Positions 1-11,370 of a stretch of DNA of 64,000 nucleotides are shown here, in pieces. The DNA is from Octopus bimaculoides (lineage: Eukaryota). A model generated the notes under the pieces. It ran no database searches. It was not told the DNA's origin and was given only the letters and a program-made list of their open reading frames with translations. Within the stretch, counting starts at the first letter, position 1. Every line of letters starts with the position of its first letter. The position numbers were made by a program, and so were the translations under genes. The stretch spans positions 5,722,225-5,786,224 of the forward strand of contig NC_068993.1 of NCBI RefSeq assembly GCF_001194135.2, in the 5' to 3' direction.

Positions 1-363
1 TCGATCAAAACCTATGGCAAAATCCAACACTAACAATCTTTTCTCCTCAACGAATGTCTCTTCACCTCCTATTCACCCCCGCTTCTTACACTATCTCTTT
101 CACCCCTCTCTATCTCATTCCTCTTTCTTTTTCTTTATCTCCCTCAACTCTTCCTCCCCGACGTTCTTTCTTTCTCCTCTTCTTTCTCTTTATTTATGTC
201 ACCTCTTTTTCTCGCTACAATTCTGCACCATTCAACTACACGAGTTTCCAGCTGGTTAACTTCCGTTTCTCATAGTCCTCAACACTAAATCTTTCTTTCT
301 TTGACACACGCAAAATATTCTTTAGTTCTTTGAGTTCTTTGGGTCGTTTAGCCACGATCTAGG

Positions 364-992
364 CTATGTGTGTACGTGTGTACGTACGCACGTTTGTATG
401 CATGTATGTATGTATGTATGTATGTTGTATGCATGTATGTATGCATGTGTGTGTGTGTATGTATGTGTGATTGTATGTATGCACGCACGTATGTATGTAT
501 GCATGCATTTATGTATGCAAGCATGCATGGAGTTATCTATGTATATATGTATGTGTATATATGTGTGTATGTATGTGTTCATATGAATGTGTGAGTATGA
601 ATGTGTGTATATGTGTGTGAGTATGTATGTGCATAAGTATGGGTGTATGTATGTGTGTATGTATGTATGAATGCATGAATCTTTGTAGGTGTATATTTGC
701 GTATGTATATGTATGTACGCATGTGTATGTATCTATGTATGAATATATATTTAGTATACACATATGTTTATATCTATATTTGTGTGCATACATGTAATGG
801 TATTNNNNNNNNNNATGTATGTGCATAAGTATGGGTGTATGTATGTGTGTATGTATGTATGAATGCATGAATCTTTGTAGGTGTATATTTGCGTATGTAT
901 ATGTATGTACGCATGTGTATGTATCTATGTATGAATATATATTTAGTATACACATATGTTTATATCTATATTTGTGTGCATACATGTAATGG

Positions 993-1040
<48 letters not shown>

Positions 1041-1180
1041 TGTGTGTATGCACACATATACACCTACATGTACATGGGACTGTGGATACGTACATATATA
1101 CATCATACATACGTACATACATATATACATGCGTATATGCATACATACATACACATACACATGTATGCATTTAAATATGA
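364..1180. repeat. Compound (TATG/TG/TA)n microsatellite block
   Basis: Direct reading of degenerate TATG, TG and TA repeats; 625-804 is repeated at 815-994 across a 10-N gap. Confidence 0.95.
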
Positions 1181-1512
1181 GCGCTCATTGAATACGAGTG
1201 TCTCAACGCTGAACTTTTGTAACGTAACACAATAATTTTCTAACATTTCTTCGTTAACCTTTTCAAGTTCGCTATTTACAAAATGGCGCTTTTCTACAAT
1301 CAAAACAAACAAAACCTTAAAATAAAATTTTAAAAAACTGCAAAATAAACTCAGAAAAAAATTAAATGCTAACAAGACATGCTTCACATGAAGCATAACT
1401 TTTACTCTTTGAATACTTCGTTTTTTTTTCCATTTCGTATCCGACAAAGGAACCTGTCTGAATCGATGGAATTAACATCTCCTCAAGACACACTTCTTAC
1501 TATTCTAGTATC

Positions 1513-1630
1513 TTCTATGGATATGAGGATGTGTTTTAGGTAGGTTCAGATGGTTTATTACATTCGTTAAATCAATGCAGACGACAGATAGGAGCGGCGG
1601 AGATGGTGGCGAGCATGTCGGTAACGGCGG
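1513..1630. repeat. 118-bp repeat, copy 1 (copy 2 at 3011-3128)
   Basis: TTCTATGGATATGAGGATGTGTTTTAGGTAGGTTC...GGCGG; manual alignment gives 8 substitutions and no indels against copy 2. Confidence 0.9.
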
Positions 1631-2207
1631 AAAGGAAAAAATCATTTCTTCTTAAATTCCATTTTCTGAAGGTTATTGAACTGATTTTTGTGTGTGCCAA
1701 TGCGAATCGTCACGAGTTTCCTTGGAAAAAAACATTTTTTATTTCAATGTATTTGTCCTATGGTTTTGTTTGTTTTATTTATAATTTGTTTTTTTTTTGT
1801 TTAATGTCATCTTTTAAAATCTCAGTTGATACCAACTGTAACTAGTAACGTTCCACATGTAACTGTAAATTATACACCTGACAGGTATATATTTTCTTAT
1901 TCTTTTATCCCTGTATACACTATTTTATTGCTTATGTGTGTAGGATACTTCCATTTTATTTTACTTCATTATGGAGACGGATAGAATGTTGTACAATCTA
2001 GATTGTGAAAAACGAGGTACTTTTTGAAGAGTCATCTGAGGAAACGGATCTGCACTTGTAATGCGTGGCAATTGAATGTACAGCATCTCACCTGTAAGAT
2101 AGCGATGCAGGGTGAATCGAAACGATCGTAGTGGTTTTGAATATAGTCCTGTGAATTCCATCTTTGCCTTTCTCTCTCTCATATATATAATTATATATAT
2201 ATATATA

Positions 2208-2237
2208 TGGCACTCCGTCGGTTATGATGACGAGGGA
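2208..2237 (-). mobile_element. SINE family B, 3' tip fragment
   Basis: TGGCACTCCGTCGGTTATGATGACGAGGG matches the ends of the copies at 15601 and 47374. Confidence 0.7.
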
Positions 2238-2299
2238 TAAAATGGACTTACATCTTCTCCGAAATTGCTGGTCTTGTGCCAATATTTGAAAGTAATATT

Positions 2300-2512
2300 A
2301 TTTTCTACTCTAGGCACAATGCCTGAAATTTTTTGGGAGGAGACCTGTCGATTAAATCAACCCCAGTATACAACAGGTATTTAATTTATCGACTTCGAAA
2401 CGATGAAAGGCAATGTCGACCTCGGCGGAATTTGAACTCAGAACGTTAAGACAGACAAAATCCGCTAAGCATTTTGCCCGGCGTGCTAACGATTCTGCCA
2501 GCTCGCCGCTTT
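2300..2512 (-). mobile_element. tRNA-derived SINE family A, near full length
   Basis: Reverse complement reads AAGCGGCGAGCTGGCAGAATCGTTAGC (A-box-like)...GAGTTCAAATTCC (B-box)...GTCGACATTGCCTTTCATCG...; more than ten related copies in the window. Confidence 0.92.
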
Positions 2513-3010
2513 AAATAATGATAATAATATCGATAATGATGATGATGATGATGACAAAAGTGATGATCGTACGTTTTCATTATTAGCCACAAATATTTGG
2601 ATACAATATAATGTACACAAAGTTTGGGATTTAAAATGTAAAGAAACGCACATACAGCTCCCTCACACACATACACACACACACCTTTAATACACATCAC
2701 AAACACACACATACACCATTTATACACATCACCAGCTGCTTTCATTAAACGTCTTTACGACGAAGTAATTTACTTCTTACCTGAAAAAGAAAACCAGCCC
2801 AAAATATACAAAAGAAAGAAATAAGTTATTTTGCTTTTATGGTCATTATAAAACGTTCCATAGAAAATTTTTGCCGCCTCGTCAAATATTAGCAGCCGAC
2901 ATATTCGTTGCTAGTCTTTCTATCTCTGTTACAAATGGAAAACATATTGACTGACAGTCATTAGCTAACATCACCTATCAACAAACCAACCAGCCTGATG
3001 ACTGCTACTG

Positions 3011-3128
3011 TTCTATGGATATGAGGATGTGTTTTAGGTAGGTTCGGATGATTTATTACATTCGTTAAATCAATGCAGACGACAGATAGCAGCGGCGGAG
3101 ATGGAGGAGAGCGTGGCGGTAATGGCGG
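3011..3128. repeat. 118-bp repeat, copy 2
   Basis: Aligns ungapped to 1513-1630. Confidence 0.9.
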
Positions 3129-3184
3129 AGAAAAAAAAAAGCAAACATATAGCCAAAGAAAGACCAATAACAAGGACAGCAACT

Positions 3185-3232
<48 letters not shown>

Positions 3233-3553
3233 AACTACTACTGCTACTGCTACTGCTGCTGCTGCCGCTGCTGCTCCAAAGACAATAGCGACAGAAAAAA
3301 ATGCCGATGTGGTATAAAAACAGGATGATATATTTGAGTTGCTTTTGAAAGATGACACGTTTGGATACACAAAAACCTTATCATTCTTTAAATGTGAATG
3401 GGTGGGGTAATGTGCGTGTATGTATAAGCGTACGTATGTGTGTGTGTGTATGTGTATGTATGCATATGTGTCTGTGTATACATATATATACATATATTAA
3501 TTTGTGTGTAAATATACATATGTATATGTATATGTGTATACGTATATATGTAG

Positions 3554-3630
<77 letters not shown>

Positions 3631-3820
3631 CATGTGAGTACATGAATGTATGGAAGAGAATGTGTACGTATGTATTTGTATGTCTATGTGTATGCATGAT
3701 GAATGTGTGTGTACGTGTGTGCGTATGATTTGTGTGTGTTTGTACGTATATGTGTTAGTGCCCGTGCGCGTAGGCGTTTGCTCGTTGAGCACATCAATTT
3801 GTTCCCGTACGTTCCCACCT

Positions 3821-3855
<35 letters not shown>

Positions 3856-4149
3856 ATATCTATGTAGTTTTATGGAAATCCATTTGCACAATAATACACT
3901 GATTACCTCAGCCACTTCCACTTGATAAACTAAAGCTGTTCAAACGACATTTGGCGCCAAGAGATTTAGAAGCCATGTTAACTGACATGTAGATATTGTG
4001 GTGAGGATCTCAATGAACATGTTAAATGATGAAAATAATAGCTGTCCGGGAGATAAAAATGTCAAAATCTTAGATACACTTAGTCAATAACTGGAAACAA
4101 AACTCTCTTTAAATTCTTACAGCCAGTTTAAATGCTGTTGCAGATTGGA

Positions 4150-4197
<48 letters not shown>

Positions 4198-4200
<3 letters not shown>

Positions 4201-4685
4201 TAGTTTTATTTTTATAACGTGCTTTCACTTCACTACCGAGCGCAGCTCTGTGCGCCTTGTGTATGTGCTGTGGTTTGCTGTGGTGCTCTTATGTTTACTG
4301 TATTGAAAGCGTTTTGCGTAGAATGTGTGCAGTACCCAGTAGTGCAATTTTCTGTATGTTATATATATTTGTAAGTCCTGGTGTTTTTGTTATGTATTTG
4401 TCTGAATATTTTTTTTATTATACCTAAGGCACCTACTATGATAGGAATTGTTTCTGTTTTTAGATTCCACATTCGAGTTACCTCTATTTCCAGGTCTTTG
4501 TATTTTGAAAGTTTTTCCATTTCTTTTAGAGAAACGTTGTCATCTGCTGGTATTGATACATCAATTAGAAAGCATTTTTTTCTTCATGATCTTTGACAAC
4601 TATATCTGGTCTATTTGCCTTAATTTCTCTATCTGTGTGTATTGGCATATCCCAGAGTATGGTTGCTTTCTCGTTTTCTGTGACC
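4198..4685 (-). mobile_element. 5'-truncated R4/Dong-type non-LTR retrotransposon: restriction-like endonuclease (REL) domain plus 3' UTR
   Basis: Minus-strand translation across two homopolymer frameshifts: ENEKATILWDMPIHTDREIKANRPDIVVKDHEEK/CFLIDVSIPADDNVSLKEMEKLSKYKDLEIEVTRMWNLKTETIPIIVGALGIIKK/YSDKYITKTPGLTNIYNIQKIALLGTAHILRKTLSIQ*. It has the RPD..D..E.K..KY pattern of REL nucleases; stop at 4295-4297; (TTA)n on both sides. Confidence 0.92.
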
Positions 4686-4715
4686 TTATTATTATTATTA
4701 TTAATATTATTATTT

Positions 4716-4922
4716 AATGCAAGTGAGCTAGCTGAAGCGTAAGCATGCTAGGCATAAAATACTTAGCGACATCTCGTCCGTCCTTACGTTCTGAGTTCAA
4801 ATTCCGCCGAGGTCGACCTTGCTTTTCATCCTTTCGAGGTCGATAAAATTAAGTACCAGTCAAGTACTGGGGCTGATGTGGTCGGGTAAGTGCTGACCTT
4901 GTGTCTATAGTTGAAAGAATTA
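4716..4922 (+). mobile_element. SINE family A, diverged full-length copy
   Basis: ACGTTCTGAGTTCAAATTCCGCCGAGGTCGACCTTGCTTTTCATCCTTTCGAGGTCGATAAAATTAAGTACCAG core. Confidence 0.9.
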
Positions 4923-5259
4923 AGACCGTAATCGTTAGGTGCGAAATTTTATAGCCTCTCTCTTATTTTCTTTTCCTCCTCTGTGTGCATGTGCATGTGC
5001 ATGTGTGTATGTGTATGCACACACACACACACATACACACACACACATACACACATACATACACACACATACACACATACATTTAGATGTCTAGACCTGT
5101 ATGCACGCAAGCGTGTGTTTCTGTATCTGTGAGGGTATGTATGTGTTTGTGTCAATAATTTAGAGTTGTGAGGCACCATGTTTGAGGATATGTAAAAGTA
5201 GGTGACATGAGTCCGTTTAGTAGCCACACTGTTTGAATAGATTTATTGGTTAAGCCATA

Positions 5260-5578
5260 GAAATTTTGTATTCATCGACATCAAAGAAGATGTAATACTA
5301 GCCAAAGAAGAGGCGCACGCAAACTCAATTGCTGGATCTGATAGATTTCCAGCAATCCTTCTCAGATCACGCAAACGAACCCTAGCAAAACCATTGCGAA
5401 TTCTTTTTCAGAGCTTCCTTACAAGTGGTGAACACCCATGCAAATTGAATGAAAGAACAATATGCCCTATCTACAAAGGTGACAGCAGAGCAGATGCAAA
5501 AAACTATAGGCCTATCTCTGACTTCACACAGTAAAGTCATGGAACGAATTTTCCGAAGGAAATTAATAGCGTTCATCC
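5260..5578 (+). mobile_element. CR1-group LINE relic, N-terminal part of reverse transcriptase
   Basis: Translation FIDIKEDV...AGSDRFPAILLRSRKRTLAKPLRILFQSFLTSGEHPCKLNERTICPIYKGDSRADAKNYRPIS/LTSHSKVMERIFRRKLIAF. The (P)GPDG-like, PIYK and NYRPISLTS motifs of non-LTR RT are present, with one frameshift. Confidence 0.9.
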
Positions 5579-5974
5579 ATTCGCCCATCCATCCATCCAT
5601 TCGTACATCCATCCAGTCACCCATTCATCCATTTGCCCATCCATCCATCCATCCATCCACCCAGACAGACAGACAGACAGACAGACAGAATGCTATCAAT
5701 ACATCCAAATCTGTAATAAAAGTAACCGATGTAAAAACGAGGCGAACGACATAAAAACACATGAAATACGTTGTGACATCTTTGTATGTGTGGTGCCGAC
5801 AGCCAAAATCTCTCCAGGAAGCTACCGTCTCTGATTACTTCCTTTGATCTTCTCAGGAATCAATATTGCAATTTAGCGATGGAATGGAGGGGAAAAACGG
5901 AGACGAGGACAGCATTAGCGAGGTTTATGATGTAATGTTATCTTACTGCGTGATGCTAATCCTTGTTAGTCTCC

Positions 5975-6031
<57 letters not shown>

Positions 6032-6140
6032 AATCAAATCTATGTATGTATATATATATATGCATATATAAATGTATGTGTATATATATGTATATATATA
6101 AATATATATTTATATGTATGTGTATATATATTCTTTTATT

Positions 6141-6263
6141 CTTTTACCTGTTTCAGTCATTTGACTGCAGCCATGCTGGAGCACCGCCTTTCGTCGAGCC
6201 TACTACTTATTCTATCGGTCTGTTTTGCTGAACCTCGAAGTTACGAGGGCGTAAACACACCAT
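6141..6263 (-). mobile_element. SINE family C, 3' part
   Basis: TTTTACCTGTTTCAGTCATTTGACTGCAGCCATGCTGGAGCACCGCC...GTAAACACACC, shared with 8361-8740 and 34304-34538. Confidence 0.85.
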
Positions 6264-6621
6264 CATATATATTTCTTTTCCAAAAATTTAACAGAAGCAC
6301 AGCAAACGGACAACTCACATTCAAGACGTAGTTAATTCCTTATTAATCATCGTCGAAGAGATCATAGCAATTTCGCACCTTTAACGCTGATATCATACAC
6401 TTTTTGGAGGCGCCAGCGGCGAGAAGCTAACGATGGTACAAGACAATGGCGAAAACAAACACGACAAAATGTGGATATGTGAATAAATAAAACAATTGAT
6501 GTGTCTTTTTTCAAAAGTGCAACGTAACTATACGATGAATAGGAATCAATATGCATCAGGCTGTAAAAATACGTATTGGTGGAGCTGAGGGTGGGGGTGG
6601 AAGAGTCGATTTGATAATTTA

Positions 6622-6686
6622 AAACCTTTGAAGGAGCTGCCCCAGCATGGTCGCAGACCGATGACTAAATCTAGTGAAAGAATAAA
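6622..6686 (+). mobile_element. SINE family C, 3' tail fragment
   Basis: GAAGGAGCTGCCCCAGCATGGTCGCAGACCGATGACT resembles the reverse complement of 6150-6190. Confidence 0.6.
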
Positions 6687-6723
6687 ATACACAGAAATAT
6701 ACACGTATGAACACACACATACG

Positions 6724-6761
<38 letters not shown>

Positions 6762-6839
6762 CATACATACATACACATATACATAGGTATGTATATAAAT
6801 ATATATAAATATATATACATAGAAGATGAGAGAGAGGGA

Positions 6840-6870
<31 letters not shown>

Positions 6871-7239
6871 TGAGTGCGTGTGAGACTTGTCACGTTATTT
6901 TCCATCTGCTTCCCACCCTCTTCCCACCCTCTACTCATCCCCTCGCCACTCCCCTTCACCACCGTTTGCCATTGTCTATTTCGAAACAATCGTTGTTCCC
7001 TCCATCAATCACGCATTCTATTTTATTGTTTGCTTTTTTTTCTCCCTTTCCCTTCCTAATTCATCGCATTCTTCTGCCTTTTAATTAGCAGTGTCCCTCT
7101 GTATTGTCCTCTGTCTACGTTGCATTATAAATTCGCATATATTATAATACATTATAATACATTACCAATTCCGAATCTCTATATTGGGAAAGCAAGTTCA
7201 CTACCAACAGCAACACTAATGACAAAAACCATTAATATC

Positions 7240-7518
7240 ACTCCTCCTCCTCCTCCTCCTCCTCCTCCTCCTCCTCCTCCTCCTCCTCATCGTCGTCATC
7301 ATCATCATCGTCATCGTCTTCATCCTCATTATCGTCCTCTTCTCTCGCCTTCTCCTCCTCATTCTCCCCCTCTTCATCATCATCATTACTAACGACATCA
7401 ACACAAGAAAACAATAATTGCAAGAATTTAGCAAACAAAAAAAATCAACAACTAAAAAAACGACGACAACCGCAACAATTAAAAAATTCGTTTCTCTTAA
7501 TAATAATAATAATAAAAA

Positions 7519-7550
<32 letters not shown>

Positions 7551-7697
7551 ATACTAATAATAATAATAATTAATAATAATAATAATAAATAATAATAAAT
7601 AATAATAATAATAATAATAATAATAATTAATAATAATAATAAATAATAATAATAATAATAATAATAAATAATAATAATAATAACTAATAATAATAAC

Positions 7698-7747
<50 letters not shown>

Positions 7748-7790
7748 GGGATGATGATATTGGTGATGATGATGGTGATGAATTCTATTG
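7240..7790. repeat. (CCT)n, (CAT)n and long (TAA)n/(CTA)n trinucleotide arrays
   Basis: Direct reading. Confidence 0.95.
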
Positions 7791-8159
7791 TTTTATGTTA
7801 GAAGAGTGAAACAACTAAAACAAAAACTTCAACAAACTATTTGTTTTTCGTCGAAAATATTAAAATATTAAGCTTCTTTCTTTCCACCCCCAGCCGTCTT
7901 GAACAATGCCACTGTGACCTCGAAAACAATGAAGAACTGTGAAACGAAAAGCAATATTGGAATGGAAACCATAATGATAAATAGCAAAAGAAACAAAGAA
8001 TCAAACCAAAACTAATAAAAGAACCACAAGAACAAGAATATGAAGCCCGTTACAAACGACAAATGGATTTCTGCTGAAAGATAATGGTATCTGGTTTAAG
8101 AAACAAGGCCAGCAATTTTGAGGGGAGGGGTGAGCCGATACCATCAATACTAATAGTCA

Positions 8160-8360
8160 TTTCTACTATAGGCACAAGGCCTGAAATTTTAGGGGTAGGG
8201 TGCTAGTCGATCACATCGACCCCAGTATTTGACTGGTACTCCGAAAGGATGAAAGGCAAAGTCAACCTCGACGAAATTTTGAATTCAGAACATGAAGACG
8301 AACGAAATGCTGTTTAGCATTTGGTCCGGCGTGCAAACGATTCTACCAGGAGCGCTGCCT
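8160..8360 (-). mobile_element. SINE family A (a second 3'-tail fragment lies at about 8085-8145)
   Basis: GGCACAAGGCCTGAAATTTT...CCGAAAGGATGAAAGGCAAAGTCAACCTCG...GAATTCAGAAC...AACGATTCTACCAG. Confidence 0.88.
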
Positions 8361-8505
8361 ACTGTCGAACAAATCGACCCCAGGACTTATTATTCATAAG
8401 CCTAGTGCTTATTCTATAGGTCTCTTTTGGTGAACCGCTAAGTTTCGAGAACATAAACACACCAGCATCGGTTGCTAAGCGATAGTGGGGGGACAAACAC
8501 ACACT

Positions 8506-8536
<31 letters not shown>

Positions 8537-8739
8537 TTACATACACACGCACACACACATACATACATACATATATACGACGGGATTCTTTCAGTTTCTG
8601 TCAACCAAATCTACTCACAAGGCGTTGGTCGGCCCGAAGCTATAGTACAAGACACCTGCTCAAGGTGCCACGCAGTGGGACTGAACCCGGAACCATATGG
8701 CTGGGAAACAAGGTTCTTACCACACACCTACGCCTGCAC

Positions 8740-8740
<1 letters not shown>
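8361..8740 (-). mobile_element. SINE family C, near full length, with internal (CA)n/(CATA)n microsatellite
   Basis: Minus strand: tRNA-like head (GTGTGGTAAG...TTCCGGGTTCAGTCCC), GGCACCTTGAGCAGGTGTCTT, microsatellite at about 8497-8577, then the 3' module matching 6141-6263. Confidence 0.9.
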
Positions 8741-8804
<64 letters not shown>

Positions 8805-8887
8805 GAGATTATATGTGCATAAATATAAGCGTATCTTTTTGCGTGTATATATATACTGTATATATATACTGTATATGTATGTATATG

Positions 8888-8966
<79 letters not shown>

Positions 8967-9024
8967 ATATACTGTGTATGTATATGTATGTATATATATG
9001 TATATATATATATGTATATATATG

Positions 9025-9061
<37 letters not shown>

Positions 9062-9092
9062 GTATATATATGTATATATATGTATATATATG

Positions 9093-9123
<31 letters not shown>

Positions 9124-9135
9124 GTATATGTATTA
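8741..9135. repeat. (CT)n/(TA)n/(TATG)n microsatellite block
   Basis: Direct reading. Confidence 0.95.
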
Positions 9136-9699
9136 ATCTGAGCACTTAGATGCGGGCAAGCATTTATTTGAAAATGACAAATAGATATTTAATAACATAA
9201 CTGAAACAGAAATAATTATAGAAGGGCGAAAGACCCTCATATTTCATATGTCAGGCATCCTCCTCCTCCTCTCCTTCCCCTCCTCTTCCTCCTCCTCCTC
9301 CTCCTACTCATCATCATCATCATCATTCCATGGCGTTCACCGTTCTCATACCTCTGTGGGCTGACACTGATTTCCGGTTGAAGCCAGTTCACACCACTTT
9401 ACACCCAGTTCATGCGTTGAGTAAGACATTGACACCACAGACCCCCGCCTTTCTCTCCTGAAATCTTCTTGATCTTATTCCCTGTATTAGGAATCATAAT
9501 TCTTTATGCGATTCTGTTTGTAATGGCTCTTTAATCATTTAAGGCCGAAAAGAACTCTTTCCTAAAAGATTCCGCCCTCTTGTTTCTCTCTCCCCACTCC
9601 CTCTCTTATATGTATGTATGTACGTATGTATGTGTGTATGTATGCATGTATGTATGTATGTATGTACGTATGTATACACATGCATGCATATATCTTGAA

Positions 9700-9754
<55 letters not shown>

Positions 9755-10687
9755 CCGGAGTAAGCAGCAGAAATAAATAAAGTATATATATATATATATA
9801 AGATAATTTCCAGAACTAGACACAATTATATTTTATAAATTATATTTTATAAATCGACAGACTACGCTGATGATCCTGCAGATATTTACTTATGTATGTA
9901 TGTATATATATATATATATAAGATAATTTCCAGAACTAGACACAATTATATTTTATAAATTATATTTTATAAATNNNNNNNNNNNNNNNNNNNNNNNNNN
10001 NNNNNNNNNNNNNNNNNNNNNNNNNNNNNNNNNNNNNNNNNNNNNNNNNNNNNNNNNNNNNNNNNNNNNNNNNNNNNNNNNNNNNNNNNNNNNNNNNNNN
10101 NNNNNNNNNNNNNNNNNNNNNNNNNNNNNNNNNNNNNNNNNNNNNNNNNNNNNNNNNNNNNNNNNNNNNNNNNNNNNNNNNNNNNNNNNNNNNNNNNNNN
10201 NNNNNNNNNNNNNNNNNNNNNNNNNNNNNNNNNNNNNNNNNNNNNNNNNNNNNNNNNNNNNNNNNNNNNNNNNNNNNNNNNNNNNNNNNNNNNNNNNNNN
10301 NNNNNNNNNNNNNNNNNNNNNNNNNNNNNNNNNNNNNNNNNNNNNNNNNNNNNNNNNNNNNNNNNNNNNNNNNNNNNNNNNNNNNNNNNNNNNNNNNNNN
10401 NNNNNNNNNNNNNNNNNNNNNNNNNNNNNNNNNNNNNNNNNNNNNNNNNNNNNNNNNNNNNNNNNNNNNNNNNNNNNNNNNNNNNNNNNNNNNNNNNNNN
10501 GGGAAAGAAGGAGAGAGAGATAGAGAGAAGGGTGGGGTTTAAGGCGTGCATGCATATATGCATCGTTGAGTTTAGTTTGTGTGTTAAGTAAGAATGAAAA
10601 TTGTAAACGACGAAAGAATTCGGTTAAAAAAGAAACAAGACCGAAGAAAAAATTAATAAAGAACCAGTCGTGGCCGTTAGCGGAAGT

Positions 10688-10738
<51 letters not shown>

Positions 10739-11329
10739 TGTGAAGATGGAACTGTATTGAGGAAGTGTGGATGTGAATAAATAGAAGTTAAGTTGGGAGA
10801 ATTGAAAGAAAAGTCACGTGGAAATTGCGGTTTATGTCACACTGATTCTTTAAGTGTACGCCAAATTCCAGTCTAAGAATTAGGAACAAACTGCGAATCA
10901 ACCATTGAATGGTTTGTTGACAAGTCTGAAAAATACATAGACCTTCAGATCTCTCCTGCCCCAGCACTGTAACATCGCCCGGTGATCATCCGACTTCACC
11001 CACAACACATCGACATTACGAGATCAAGTGTTTGACTTCTACTCAATCCGTCGCCTTAGAAAGGTGTTAGAAAAACAAAATAAAACAAGCAAAACTAACC
11101 GGTAAAACCACTTCCTTATCATCCATCACATGACTTCTTTAGGACGGCATGCGTGCATGTGTGTGTACGTGCATGCATGTTTGTGTGTGTGTATGTGTGT
11201 GTGCCTGTGTGTGTGTATATAAGGAGGTTTGTGTGTGTTTTCTACTTATTTGGTTGGTTTCTGTTATTGAAGGGTTTTATTTATATATACATACACACAC
11301 ATACACATTATACATGCATGTATAGACAC

Positions 11330-11370
<41 letters not shown>

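Noticed and set aside
625-994. Exact 180-bp duplication around a 10-N gap; likewise 21145-21283 vs 21489-21625 and 32700-32768 vs 32779-32830
   Set aside because: Identical sequence on both sides of a gap is typical of unmerged contig overlaps, so these are most likely assembly artefacts.
3905-4110. Peptide fragments LDKLKLFKRHL / VVRISMN / ILDTLVNNWKQ faintly like a hAT transposase C-terminus
   Set aside because: Needs frame changes and stops, and the similarity is too weak to call without a profile search.
9395-9465. Minus-strand frame within about 9348-9465 (SVVSMSYSTHELGVKWCELASTGNQCQPTE) ending at GAG|GTATGA
   Set aside because: No acceptable acceptor and no recognisable homology.
9790-9974. 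Repeated AGATAATTTCCAGAACTAGACACAATTATATTTTATAAAT block
   Set aside because: The second copy ends in a gap; it cannot be separated from an assembly artefact.
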